Below, in pieces: positions 17,784 through 27,161 of a stretch of DNA of 53,617 nt. The DNA lies in the IMG/VR virus record IMGVR_UViG_3300046007_010355, positions 1 through 53,617 of that record. One strand, 5' to 3'. The DNA is from a virus. Lineage: Duplodnaviria > Caudoviricetes. Under the pieces are notes generated by a model. That model was not told the origin of the DNA. It saw only the letters and a list, made by a program, of their open reading frames with translations, and did no database searches. Position numbers and translations under genes: made by a program. How positions within the stretch are numbered: the first letter of the stretch is position 1; each line of letters begins with the position of its first letter.

Positions 17784-20022
17784 TTTTAATTTTTACAGGT
17801 AACGGATCGATATATTCAAAGTGTAATTGTTGTTTTAGGACTGAAATTTCAACAATACCACCATTTGTCAATTTGCCAAATAAAATTTCTTTGCTTAACG
17901 GCTTCTTAATCATTTCTTCGATTGTTCTAAAAAGAGGTCTAGCACCCATCTTTTTATCGAATCCTTTATCTACTAAAAATTCGTAGGCATCGGAATTTAA
18001 TTTAACATGAATGTTTTTGTCTTTGACTAATAAATTCAATTCGTCTACAAATTTCTTAACAATCTTAATCATTGTGGTTTTATCTAGTTTACCGAACTGT
18101 ATAATAGCATCTATTCTATTTCTAAATTCCGGACTAAAGAATTGATTAATAGTGTTGTTGGGATCTTGTTCTTTTTCTAAATTACCAAAACCAATTGAAT
18201 TTTTTTCGGCATCTGCTGCACCTATATTACTGGTCATAATTAAGATAAGATTACGAGCATCTGCCTTTTTACCATTACTACCGGTAACAAATCCATTATC
18301 CATAAGCTGTAGCATAATTGTAATTACATCGGGATGAGCTTTTTCAATTTCATCTAACAGCAGTACACAGTTTGGATTTTCTTGGATTTGAGTAATTAAT
18401 TGTCCAGCATTATCTTCGAATCCAACGTATCCGGGTGGACTACCGATGAATTTTGCAACACTATGTTTTTCTTGATATTCACTCATGTCGAATCGAACTA
18501 ATTTTACATGCAAATTAGATGCTAATTGTTTAGCAACTTCAGTTTTTCCTACACCGGTGGGTCCAACAAAAAGAAAGTTTCCTACTGGTTTGTTAATGCT
18601 TTTTAATCCTGATTGCGCAATATATACTTTGTCTAATAGATTTTTAATTGCTTTTTCTTGACCAAACACAGCATTAAATAAGTTTTTTTCTAAATTAGCT
18701 AAATTAACACTTTCTTTACTGTTCAGTTGCTCTACAGGTAAGTTTGACAATTTAGCAATTTCGAACAAAATTTCTGAACGATCTACTACTCCGTTTTCTT
18801 CATCTTTAATTTTAAATCTTGCTGATGCACAATCAATTATATCAATTGCTTTATCTGGCAATTTTTTATCACTGATATATTTCACACTATATTTTACTGC
18901 GTCAATAACGGCTTGATTTGTAATTTTTACTTTATGATGTTTCTCAAAATATTTTTTTAATCCTTTTAGGATTTTAATTGCAGTATCTTCATCTGGTTCT
19001 TCAACCGTAACTTTTTGGAATCTGCGCATTAACGCACGATCTTTTTCAAAATGTTTTCTATATTCTTCCCAAGTTGTACTAGCAATAACTTTAATATTTC
19101 CTTTACCTAACGCATTTTTTAACATATTGGCCATATCATTGCTGCCACCGTTGCTGGTGCCTGCACCGTTCATCATATGTGCTTCGTCGATAAAAAGGAT
19201 ACATTTACCCCTGCGTTCAACTGCATTTATAACTGCTTTAAGCCGTTCTTCAAAATCTCCTCGATATTTACTACCTGCCAATAAACTACTGATCTCTAAA
19301 CTATAAACTGTGTGATCTTTAATAAATTCTGGAACATTTCCTTCAATTATCTTTCTAGCAATACCTTCTGCTATAGCTGTTTTACCCACACCCGGGTCTC
19401 CGATAAGAATAGCATTTGCTTTATTTCTTCTAGCCAGAATTAGTTGAACCTCTTCGATTTCTTTCTCTCGTCCAATTACAGGGTCTATTTTTTTGTTCTT
19501 TGCTTTTGCTGTTAAATTAACGCAGAATTGTGTAATGATTTTTTCAAGTTGATGTAGTGCTTGATTGCTCAATGTACCATCTTTATTTTGTTTTTCTTCT
19601 TTTTTAATAAAATTCAAAAATGGTTCTTTTTCAATATTTGCTTGACGAACAAAATGATTTGCATGGCTTTTCTTTTCGTTTAACAAACTAATAAAGCAGT
19701 CTAGTGGTTCGATAATTTGTCTACCACTGAATAACACTTCATGAAATGCTCTATTTAGAACTCTGTCTACTGTTGCAGTCTTTTTAGGTTTTTCTATAGA
19801 CGGATTAACAATATCGTTTAATTCATTAGAAATAAAATTTTCTAGATTTTCTTGCAGTTGATCTACATCAGCACCAAAGTTTTTTAATAGTTGATTCAAT
19901 GATTGATTAGAAATCATACTGTACAGGAAATGTTCTAAGGTCACATATTCATGATTTTTTGAAATGGCAAGTTGTACAGCATTATCGAAAATATTTTCTA
20001 GATCTTTATTTGGTTCTAACAT
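17752..20022 (-). CDS. clpA: ATP-dependent Clp protease ATP-binding subunit ClpA-like
   Basis: Clp N domain (HEYVTLEH), two AAA+ modules (GDPGVGKT, GPTGVGKT), RFDMSEYQEKHSVA, GARPL; no ClpB coiled-coil; likely start at ATG 20022. Confidence 0.92.
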   Translation of the reverse strand: MLEPNKDLENIFDNAVQLAISKNHEYVTLEHFLYSMISNQSLNQLLKNFGADVDQLQENLENFISNELNDIVNPSIEKPKKTATVDRVLNRAFHEVLFSGRQIIEPLDCFISLLNEKKSHANHFVRQANIEKEPFLNFIKKEEKQNKDGTLSNQALHQLEKIITQFCVNLTAKAKNKKIDPVIGREKEIEEVQLILARRNKANAILIGDPGVGKTAIAEGIARKIIEGNVPEFIKDHTVYSLEISSLLAGSKYRGDFEERLKAVINAVERRGKCILFIDEAHMMNGAGTSNGGSNDMANMLKNALGKGNIKVIASTTWEEYRKHFEKDRALMRRFQKVTVEEPDEDTAIKILKGLKKYFEKHHKVKITNQAVIDAVKYSVKYISDKKLPDKAIDIIDCASARFKIKDEENGVVDRSEILFEIAKLSNLPVEQLNSKESVNLANLEKNLFNAVFGQEKAIKNLLDKVYIAQSGLKSINKPVGNFLFVGPTGVGKTEVAKQLASNLHVKLVRFDMSEYQEKHSVAKFIGSPPGYVGFEDNAGQLITQIQENPNCVLLLDEIEKAHPDVITIMLQLMDNGFVTGSNGKKADARNLILIMTSNIGAADAEKNSIGFGNLEKEQDPNNTINQFFSPEFRNRIDAIIQFGKLDKTTMIKIVKKFVDELNLLVKDKNIHVKLNSDAYEFLVDKGFDKKMGARPLFRTIEEMIKKPLSKEILFGKLTNGGIVEISVLKQQLHFEYIDPLPVKIKNEKFTQTENQ

Positions 20023-20023
20023 A

Positions 20024-20515
20024 TTATTTTTTCCTTTTACTCTTTTTAACCGCAAGTGCCCATTTGATATTTGATATTCTATCTTTAAATGTGATTCCTT
20101 CTAAGTGATCTAATTCGTGTAGAAAACATTTACAATTATATCCGTCGAATATATCTTCTTGCCATTCTCCTTTTGAATTTTGCCATCTAGCTTTAATTTT
20201 TTTAGGACGTTTAATATTAACATAAATTCCCGGGAAGCTCAAACAGCCTTCTTCTAGATTTTCTACATCATCTAAATGTGCAACAACCATGGGATTAAAG
20301 AAAGCTTGTGCATTATCTGGGTAATCTTTATGTCCCATTACGAATACTCTTGCACTTATTCCTATTTGATTAGCTGCTAATCCTATTCCATTTTCTTTAA
20401 ACATAATATCTATCATATCTTTTTCTAATTGGATAGGATCATATTTTGGATTAGAAAAATCAAAGTTTTCTATCCTTTGAAATAATATTGGATTTGGATA
20501 TTTTACAATTTGCAT
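20024..20515 (-). CDS. def: Peptide deformylase
   Basis: GIGLAANQIG, EGCLSFP, HELDHLEG. Confidence 0.97.
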   Translation of the reverse strand: MQIVKYPNPILFQRIENFDFSNPKYDPIQLEKDMIDIMFKENGIGLAANQIGISARVFVMGHKDYPDNAQAFFNPMVVAHLDDVENLEEGCLSFPGIYVNIKRPKKIKARWQNSKGEWQEDIFDGYNCKCFLHELDHLEGITFKDRISNIKWALAVKKSKRKK

Positions 20516-20523
20516 AATTTTAT

Positions 20524-21342
20524 TTAATTATAAATTTCTCGTAGTTTAGAAAGTTGTAGTTCATTTAAATTTTGTGGAATTTTTATCAGTATTTTTATTA
20601 ATAATCTACCCACAAATCTATTGTCATTAATGTTTGGAACACCATAACCGGGGATTGAAAGAATCGTATCTGGTTGTGTACCCGGCTGTATACGTACTTC
20701 TAAAAGTTTTTTATCTATTGTTTCAATTTGATAAACTTTGCCTAATATAGCATCTATTGCATTTACTTCTAAAGGATAAATTAAATCATCGCCCTGTCTT
20801 GCAAAATTAGAATGAGGATTTATATGTACAGTAAGATGTATATCTCCGCGAGGTAAATTGGGCATAGAATCGTCGCCCATACTGGCCAATCTTATAGTTA
20901 CTCCGTCTTGGATACCTTTTGGTATTTTTACTTCGCATAATTGTTCTCTACCGCTTGGCAATTTTACATTAAATGTAAGTGTTTTACCAAAAATTGAATC
21001 TTCTAAATTAATATGAGTGGTAAAACTTAGATTTCTGTTCCTTTGTGGTCTTGCTCTATTAAACATATCACCAAACGGACCCATTCCTCCAAAAGCACCG
21101 AAAATTTCTTCAAACCCTGGAGGCATAGCTCCGAAATTTTGGAATTGAGGTCTAGGATTATCATATTGAGAACGTTTGTCCGGATCACTTAGAGTTTCGT
21201 ATGCAGCTTGAATTTCCTGGAACTTTTTAGTATCACCACCCTTATCTGGATGATGTTGGCTAGCTAATTTGCGGAATGCTTTTTTAATTTCATCTGCAGA
21301 TGCGGTTTTGGGTACGCCTAAAATTGAATAATAATCGCTCAT
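20524..21342 (-). CDS. dnaJ: DnaJ-class chaperone without zinc finger (CbpA-like)
   Basis: J domain (DYYSILGV...HHPDKGG), G/F-rich linker, DnaJ C-terminal domain. Confidence 0.92.
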   Translation of the reverse strand: MSDYYSILGVPKTASADEIKKAFRKLASQHHPDKGGDTKKFQEIQAAYETLSDPDKRSQYDNPRPQFQNFGAMPPGFEEIFGAFGGMGPFGDMFNRARPQRNRNLSFTTHINLEDSIFGKTLTFNVKLPSGREQLCEVKIPKGIQDGVTIRLASMGDDSMPNLPRGDIHLTVHINPHSNFARQGDDLIYPLEVNAIDAILGKVYQIETIDKKLLEVRIQPGTQPDTILSIPGYGVPNINDNRFVGRLLIKILIKIPQNLNELQLSKLREIYN

Positions 21343-21344
21343 AA

Positions 21345-21378
21345 TAGAAAAAGGTATAGTAGATTTTACTATACCTTT
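21345..21378 (-). terminator. Intrinsic terminator overlapping a sigma70 promoter for dnaJ
   Basis: 12-bp stem AAAGGTATAGTA/TACTATACCTTT ending in a T run; TTGACT-N17-TAAAAT at 21363-21391. Confidence 0.6.
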
Positions 21379-21397
21379 GAAAATAAGTCAAGAAAGA

Positions 21398-21622
21398 TTA
21401 TTTTTTTGGTGGAATTTCGGTCCCCTCTAATTTCTTTCTTACTTTTACATCTTTACATTCTTGTAGTGGTTTACCATCTTTACCATTTATAACTTTGCCA
21501 TTCTTATCTGTTTTATCATGACAGACTTTTTTAATTTCACCTTTACCCGGGCCATCATCTGCTGCATAAGTTGGATATGCAAAAGTAAGAGCCATTGCTG
21601 CTACAAACAATATATTTTTCAT
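21398..21622 (-). CDS. Small secreted protein with one Cys pair
   Basis: Signal peptide MKNILFVAAMALTFAYPTYA; KVC...QEC; AGGAG RBS. Confidence 0.75.
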   Translation of the reverse strand: MKNILFVAAMALTFAYPTYAADDGPGKGEIKKVCHDKTDKNGKVINGKDGKPLQECKDVKVRKKLEGTEIPPKK

Positions 21623-21632
21623 AATTTGCTCC

Positions 21633-21980
21633 TTATCTTATTGGTTGTTCTTCTGGAATAGGAGCTGGTCTACCTCCAAATCCAATTCTTACCTGTGGTT
21701 GCACAATATTAGAAGACACTCCTGCAATTTTTTCTTGTCCTCTACTCCATGCTGTTACACCTAAAATTGCGCCCATTGCTACATGAAATAATCCTGCGCC
21801 TTGCAGTGTTAACGGATTCCATTGATTTGATACATGACCTTGATTATATGCCTGCATTATACTCCATAATACTGGAAAGATAATAAAATCTGTAATACAA
21901 GTTATCATATAACACCACCCCATCATAGGGCGCCATTTAGTGTTCATCCAGTTTTCTTGTTTAATATCAATAGAGTTCAT
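21633..21980 (-). CDS. Holin-like membrane protein
   Basis: WRPMMGW, two TM segments and GAILGVTAWSRGQEK resemble the GTA 3TM holin family; inside the lysis cluster. Confidence 0.6.
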   Translation of the reverse strand: MNSIDIKQENWMNTKWRPMMGWCYMITCITDFIIFPVLWSIMQAYNQGHVSNQWNPLTLQGAGLFHVAMGAILGVTAWSRGQEKIAGVSSNIVQPQVRIGFGGRPAPIPEEQPIR

Positions 21981-21993
21981 AGTCTATTCAAAA

Positions 21994-22539
21994 TTAAATT
22001 TCTGGTTGAGGAGCCGGTGCAGGAGCAGGTCTACCACCAAATCCTGTAAGTACCTGTGGTTGTGATGGAGTCATACTCATAGGTTGTAAACCTAAACCTG
22101 GTTCTTGTCTAAATGTTGATACACCAGAACCAAACCCAGTAGAACCACCGAAGCTATTTGAAGACCCGAAACTATTACCAGCAAATGAATTATTTGGTCC
22201 GAATGATGTAGTGGATGGAGTCGGTGGGGTAGGTGATTGTGGTGGTTTATCCCATCCTTTATTTGCTGCATCTAATGCTTTTTGTTTGGCTTCTTTATCG
22301 CCACCTGCTAACATTATTCCAGATAGTGTGCCTGTTAAAAATGTAGCAATAGGTACAATTAATTCAAAAAACTTTTGATCTATTGGTGATATGGCATTTA
22401 GAGGTTGTGTTACAAAAATTAAACTATACAAAACTACAAAAACAATTCCGGTCAGTGTTAATGCAAGACAGACTCCTATGAAAAATCTCAGTCTTGCCAT
22501 CAATTGATCTTCAGTATATACGAATTGATTATTTTCCAC
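21994..22539 (-). CDS. Two-TM membrane protein with a Pro/Gly/Ser-rich tail
   Basis: Likely GTG start at 22539 after AGGAG; two hydrophobic helices. Confidence 0.7.
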   Translation of the reverse strand: MENNQFVYTEDQLMARLRFFIGVCLALTLTGIVFVVLYSLIFVTQPLNAISPIDQKFFELIVPIATFLTGTLSGIMLAGGDKEAKQKALDAANKGWDKPPQSPTPPTPSTTSFGPNNSFAGNSFGSSNSFGGSTGFGSGVSTFRQEPGLGLQPMSMTPSQPQVLTGFGGRPAPAPAPQPEI

Positions 22540-22825
22540 ATTTGGCTCCTTGTGTTGGTGTAGGACACTGTAAAGTCTGTTGTGTAGGTTGAATAGGCGC
22601 ATTGTTAGGCTCCGATGGAGGTCCTAGTCTAGGATCTCGTTGTCCTTTAAAGACATGTTCTGGACATGTTCTGGTTACATCACATAATGGTTTTTGACAA
22701 ATTTCTTTATCCCAATTTTTTGGATCTTGACAGGGATATCGAAATCTATCACCACCAAAGATAGCTATAGTTATAGGGAGAATAATTAATAGTAATAGCC
22801 ATCTAAATAATTTTTTATCAGCCAT
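22529..22825 (-). CDS. Membrane-anchored Cys-rich periplasmic protein
   Basis: N-terminal TM followed by RYPCQDP...C..P.C....CP. Confidence 0.7.
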   Translation of the reverse strand: MADKKLFRWLLLLIILPITIAIFGGDRFRYPCQDPKNWDKEICQKPLCDVTRTCPEHVFKGQRDPRLGPPSEPNNAPIQPTQQTLQCPTPTQGAKCGK

Positions 22826-22829
22826 TAGC

Positions 22830-23453
22830 TTATTCTCCTAAAATATGTAGGGCGTGTTCATAATGTTTTTGTCTATCTGCTAATCCAATGGTGCCTCCGT
22901 TTATACGTTTAGTCATAGTTAAGATATCACCTGTGTCGGCAAACTGATTTAAATTGTTTGTTTCCCAAAACCAACATGCAGATTGTACAGCACCTTCAAA
23001 TGTTTCTAGGTAAGGAGGAACTTCTTCCACTTTTATTTCTATACTGTCGGCAAATCTTTGATAGTTAGATTTTCCGGTAAGTTGAATTAAACCTCTACCA
23101 CAATATCTCCAACCGTCCCCCGAAGCTTCGTCCCCGTTGCCCATTCTATTAGAATATGCTTTATTAGCAATCATTTCTGGTTTGTTTGCATATTGGTTGG
23201 CCATTTCTTGTGTAGGGAAATGTCTAGGCCATACTTTCATAAGACTAGCGGCTCGATAATTTAAGTTTTCTTTTAGAAATTTATAATTACCGCTTTCGTG
23301 GCAAGTCTGAGCCATAAATGCTGCTACTCTTTTAGCTGTATTAATATCATAATCCGGTAAACATCTCTCCAATGCACTATACCAATAATCTAGGTAGGGA
23401 TTGTTTGTTAGCAATTGAGCAAGCTGATCTTTTGACATTATAAAAGTAGACAT
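22830..23453 (-). CDS. Glycoside hydrolase family 19 endolysin
   Basis: AFMAQTCHES, ENLNY, GRGLIQLTGKSNY, TKRINGG; likely start at 23453. Confidence 0.92.
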   Translation of the reverse strand: MSTFIMSKDQLAQLLTNNPYLDYWYSALERCLPDYDINTAKRVAAFMAQTCHESGNYKFLKENLNYRAASLMKVWPRHFPTQEMANQYANKPEMIANKAYSNRMGNGDEASGDGWRYCGRGLIQLTGKSNYQRFADSIEIKVEEVPPYLETFEGAVQSACWFWETNNLNQFADTGDILTMTKRINGGTIGLADRQKHYEHALHILGE

Positions 23454-23463
23454 ATTTTTTCCC

Positions 23464-23718
23464 TTAAACCATTTTGGCAATGTTTATTAAACCATTTATA
23501 GCAGTATTTAATCTCTGAAGATTTTCTAGTTCTACCATTGATGCTCTAATATTCATTTGTCTCTGTATATCTTCTATGAGTTCTACAAATTCTTCTTTAC
23601 TGACCTCACCTCGTTTGCACATTTCTGTATATTGAAATACTAATTTTGCAGCTTCGTTACAATCTGAATTGTGAGAATTAATTTCTGTTAATAATTGTTG
23701 GTTTTGTTCAATGCTCAT
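23464..23718 (-). CDS. Hypothetical protein
   Basis: 84-aa ORF, ATGA-coupled, in the lysis cluster. Confidence 0.75.
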   Translation of the reverse strand: MSIEQNQQLLTEINSHNSDCNEAAKLVFQYTEMCKRGEVSKEEFVELIEDIQRQMNIRASMVELENLQRLNTAINGLINIAKMV

Positions 23719-24128
23719 CTTGGTTTATCTCCTATAGTCTTTTGCATAAGTTCTGCATTTTTAGATACTGTATCTAATTTTAATTTGCAAAATGTAGCAC
23801 TGACTTTGTCGTTCTTTTTATACTGATCATTAAGCCCTTGAATGATTTTATCTAGTTCATCTGCTGATTTTTTAACCACATTGTTTCTTGGAAGATATTC
23901 TGTATGATTAACAAAATGTCTACTTTGATATGCAAGCACATTGGAATTAAGTTTTGCTTTGTCTTGAGTATCACAATCCTGTTTAAAAATTTGTGCATTT
24001 GTTCTAATTTCAGTTATAAGCCTGTATTCATTACTGTCATATTTCATAAAATAAGCATCTAAGACTTTATCAACAGTTGCACACCCTGATAACACTAAAG
24101 TCAATACAACTATAAACATTTTTTTCAT
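23715..24128 (-). CDS. Lipoprotein
   Basis: Lipobox VLSGC after a hydrophobic signal. Confidence 0.75.
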   Translation of the reverse strand: MKKMFIVVLTLVLSGCATVDKVLDAYFMKYDSNEYRLITEIRTNAQIFKQDCDTQDKAKLNSNVLAYQSRHFVNHTEYLPRNNVVKKSADELDKIIQGLNDQYKKNDKVSATFCKLKLDTVSKNAELMQKTIGDKPR

Positions 24129-24403
24129 TTTGCCATCCTTTCAAAATTACTTTTTTGTTCATTATACCATTTGATCCATTCGTCTACTTTTACTTTGCAT
24201 TCATGATAAGATGTATAATTTTCTGTTATAATTTTTGTAAGTTGGCTTAGCAATACTTTATCTGTATCTATAGTTTTAAGTTCTGGACAGTTTTGCATCA
24301 ATATCGATGCTGCTGGAGGAAATTTAGGTATTTGGGGAGGAGCAACAGGGGTTGCCAAACATCCGGTTAATAAAGGCAAAAACAGTAGACTTAATTTTTT
24401 CAT
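24125..24403 (-). CDS. Outer-membrane spanin (Rz1-like lipoprotein)
   Basis: Lipobox LLTGC, Pro-rich segment, CPEL...YHEC...WIKW; follows the i-spanin. Confidence 0.75.
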   Translation of the reverse strand: MKKLSLLFLPLLTGCLATPVAPPQIPKFPPAASILMQNCPELKTIDTDKVLLSQLTKIITENYTSYHECKVKVDEWIKWYNEQKSNFERMAK

Positions 24404-24867
24404 TTTTTATCTTCTACCAATTTATTTTGAGCAGCGGCATTATGAGCCTTTATAACTTCATTGGGTATATCACATTTATTATCGTATTTTACAATTTCTC
24501 TATCGACATATTTTACAATTTCATTTCCGGGAATTCTTACTATTTCTAATTTTTTAACTACTCTTTCCTGCACCACTGTGGTAATTTTTTCGCCTCTATT
24601 TTCTAGTTCTGTAACTTTTTCTGTAAGTTCTTTAACTTTAGCTTCCCAAAGTTTTTGTGTAATTCTACTACCTGTAAAGTATATACCTGATGCAATAATC
24701 AGAAGTGAAAGAATTTGTATAGGAATAATATATAGTCTTAAAGGAGGTAGCAATTTTAATATGTAAGATACAATGAATAATGCTAAACCTATTCCTATTG
24801 TAATATAAAATACATAGTCTGGTAAAAAATTTATCCAAAATAGTATTTTATCAAACATAATTACCAC
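24400..24867 (-). CDS. Inner-membrane spanin (Rz-like)
   Basis: N-terminal TM helices, coiled coil, C-terminal CDIP..VIKAHNAAA. Confidence 0.7.
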   Translation of the reverse strand: MVIMFDKILFWINFLPDYVFYITIGIGLALFIVSYILKLLPPLRLYIIPIQILSLLIIASGIYFTGSRITQKLWEAKVKELTEKVTELENRGEKITTVVQERVVKKLEIVRIPGNEIVKYVDREIVKYDNKCDIPNEVIKAHNAAAQNKLVEDKK

Positions 24868-25625
24868 CTATTCTTTTCTGCGATAATTGCATAATTGCCA
24901 TTTTTAATTAGAAATTTATCTTGTATTTTGTTAATTTCATAATTACCTAAATATTTTTGTAGGAAATAAATCTGACTTTGACTATTTTCATCTAAACTTA
25001 ATGCCCCGGGTAATTGATTTTTTATATCATCATATTTGCCCATGCTGATCAATTTCATATGTAAATCACCGAAGTATGGCTTTTTAAAGGTCAAACTACC
25101 ATCTTCGTCTAGAGTTACGTTATCCAATGAACCTTGATTAAAGAAAGTACCTACCTGTTTATTTTTAATTTCTAGTATTTTTTTATCATATGCTTGTGCA
25201 TTCATAGGTACATGTTCTATAATTTTATCTTTAGAGAATGGAATCAACCCATGAGATTTTTGGTATCTAAATTTCCAGTCATAGTTATCTGTTAATTGTG
25301 TAACTCCATGTAATAAAGATTGTAATTGTAGTGGTAAGTCTTGAGTTCTCTCCATTTCAACGAATACCTTGTATTGACCATCATTTTCTTCGCCTGTGCT
25401 AATATCTGCGTCCAGTACAAATTGATAAGCTTTTTCAATAAACTCCATTAGGTCAATTGCAGGTAATTTTTCCTTAACAGTGAAAGCTAGAACTACAATA
25501 TCTTTATCTTCGCCCATTTTACTTTTAAATCTGTCGATCGTGAATATGTCAGATACAAGATATTTTAAATCTTGATATTGTAAACCTTCAAACAGTTTAG
25601 GACGGTGTTGTTGGGGGTTGTTCAT
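24861..25625 (-). CDS. Conserved phage hypothetical protein
   Basis: 254-aa ORF (FKSKMGED...VFVEMER). Confidence 0.8.
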   Translation of the reverse strand: MNNPQQHRPKLFEGLQYQDLKYLVSDIFTIDRFKSKMGEDKDIVVLAFTVKEKLPAIDLMEFIEKAYQFVLDADISTGEENDGQYKVFVEMERTQDLPLQLQSLLHGVTQLTDNYDWKFRYQKSHGLIPFSKDKIIEHVPMNAQAYDKKILEIKNKQVGTFFNQGSLDNVTLDEDGSLTFKKPYFGDLHMKLISMGKYDDIKNQLPGALSLDENSQSQIYFLQKYLGNYEINKIQDKFLIKNGNYAIIAEKNRW

Positions 25626-26124
25626 TAGGGGCCTCCTGAGCTGCGTTTCCTGCGTCTATAGTTTTTAAGTCATATCGCATAAGTTCAGCCATTTTTGCAT
25701 TTTCTTTATTTTCTTTGCCTATACTTACATCTTGCATTAGTTTTTTTGGCATTTTAATTTCGACTGTCCATATAGGATGTGCATCGATTTTACCCTTCTT
25801 AGTTCCGGGACGATAATCATCGGGATCTTTAATTTTACGTGGGATTAATATTGTTTCTTTGCGGTAAGCAACTTCACAACCATAATCTGCTAATATTTTG
25901 GCACCTTTTGGATCTGGCATTTCTTTCTGTTCCCACATAAATTTGCAGGTAACATGATATCTAGAAACTTTTGGACCAATAATAATTTCACCTTCGTCCC
26001 AATTTTTATATACATATACATCTAATTCGTCAATAACTCGTTCGAAGTCTTTTAAAACTTCAAAAGCGCCTGTGCTTTCGCTTATAGTTTGTAAATTTTT
26101 AATTACATCTAAAATATCATGCAT
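25597..26124 (-). CDS. Conserved phage hypothetical protein
   Basis: 175-aa ORF; TATAAATA upstream (about 26146-26153). Confidence 0.8.
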   Translation of the reverse strand: MHDILDVIKNLQTISESTGAFEVLKDFERVIDELDVYVYKNWDEGEIIIGPKVSRYHVTCKFMWEQKEMPDPKGAKILADYGCEVAYRKETILIPRKIKDPDDYRPGTKKGKIDAHPIWTVEIKMPKKLMQDVSIGKENKENAKMAELMRYDLKTIDAGNAAQEAPNEQPPTTPS

Positions 26125-26263
26125 AATTGTTCTCTGATGTGCAATTATTTATATAGATTTTGTGTGATAAGTTATGGTTTAAAAAAGTAATATTATAATT
26201 GGTTTTTTTAAAATATGGTGTAAATATCAATGCAGGTCGTTTGTCTTAAACGGAGAAATAAAA

Positions 26264-27016
26264 TTGCCTAGAAGTAAACGACGTATAAGCGACAACATGA
26301 CTAGTCGAGATCCTCGATTCGCTACAGAAAAAACCAACTTAATTCAAATAAAGTCTTACTTAAAAAGAAAACAACAAGTCAACATTATTCCAAGAAATTT
26401 AGCTCAGGAAACGTATGTTGAGCTTTTAAAAAATCCAAAAAAATTTATTGTTTTTGCTATCGGTCCAGCCGGTACAGGTAAGACTATGCTTGCAGTTCAA
26501 ATGGCCATCAAATTACTTAAAGAGGAGGTGATTGATAAAATTATCGTTACTAGGCCAGCTGTAAGTGTTGATGAAGAACATGGGTTCTTACCGGGTAACT
26601 TAAATCAAAAAATGGAACCTTGGACAAGACCTATATTCGATGTATTTTCGGAATATTATCATCCTAAAGAAATTCAAGCAATGTTAGAAGATGGGGTTAT
26701 AGAAATATCGCCATTAGCCTACATGCGTGGTCGTACTTTTAAAAATGCATTTGTAGTAGCCGACGAAATGCAAAATGCAACACCATCACAGATGAAGATG
26801 TTATTAACCCGATTAGGAGAAAATTCTAGGATGGTAGTAACAGGAGATTTAAATCAAGCCGACAGACCTACTGAAAATGGTCTTTTAGAATTTGTAAATT
26901 TATATTCTCAAGGAGGTGATTATCGTTTAATAGCAATGGCAAAATTTGAAGCTAAGGACGTTGAAAGACATCCAGTAGTCAAAGAAGTTTTATCAATTTA
27001 CAAGGAGGTTGAATAG
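26264..27016 (+). CDS. phoH: PhoH-family ATPase
   Basis: GPAGTGKT, RPAV, GFLPG, YMRGRT, DEMQN, TGDLNQ, VERHP; TTG start after GGAG. Confidence 0.95.
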   Translation: MPRSKRRISDNMTSRDPRFATEKTNLIQIKSYLKRKQQVNIIPRNLAQETYVELLKNPKKFIVFAIGPAGTGKTMLAVQMAIKLLKEEVIDKIIVTRPAVSVDEEHGFLPGNLNQKMEPWTRPIFDVFSEYYHPKEIQAMLEDGVIEISPLAYMRGRTFKNAFVVADEMQNATPSQMKMLLTRLGENSRMVVTGDLNQADRPTENGLLEFVNLYSQGGDYRLIAMAKFEAKDVERHPVVKEVLSIYKEVE

Positions 27017-27035
27017 CTACTTAAATTAAAACTGT

Positions 27036-27089
27036 AAAAACCGCGTAACTAACCGACCTGCACAATCAGTTACGCGGTTTTATTTTTTT
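27036..27089. terminator. Bidirectional intrinsic terminator between convergent phoH and clamp loader genes
   Basis: 14-bp stem AAAACCGCGTAACT/AGTTACGCGGTTTT with a 17-nt loop and T runs on both strands. Confidence 0.8.
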
Positions 27090-27161
27090 GGAAAAACCTT
27101 GGTAGTAAAAAATTAGGATTGCATTCTACTTTTGTCTTATTGATAATTTAGTAAAATTTTA

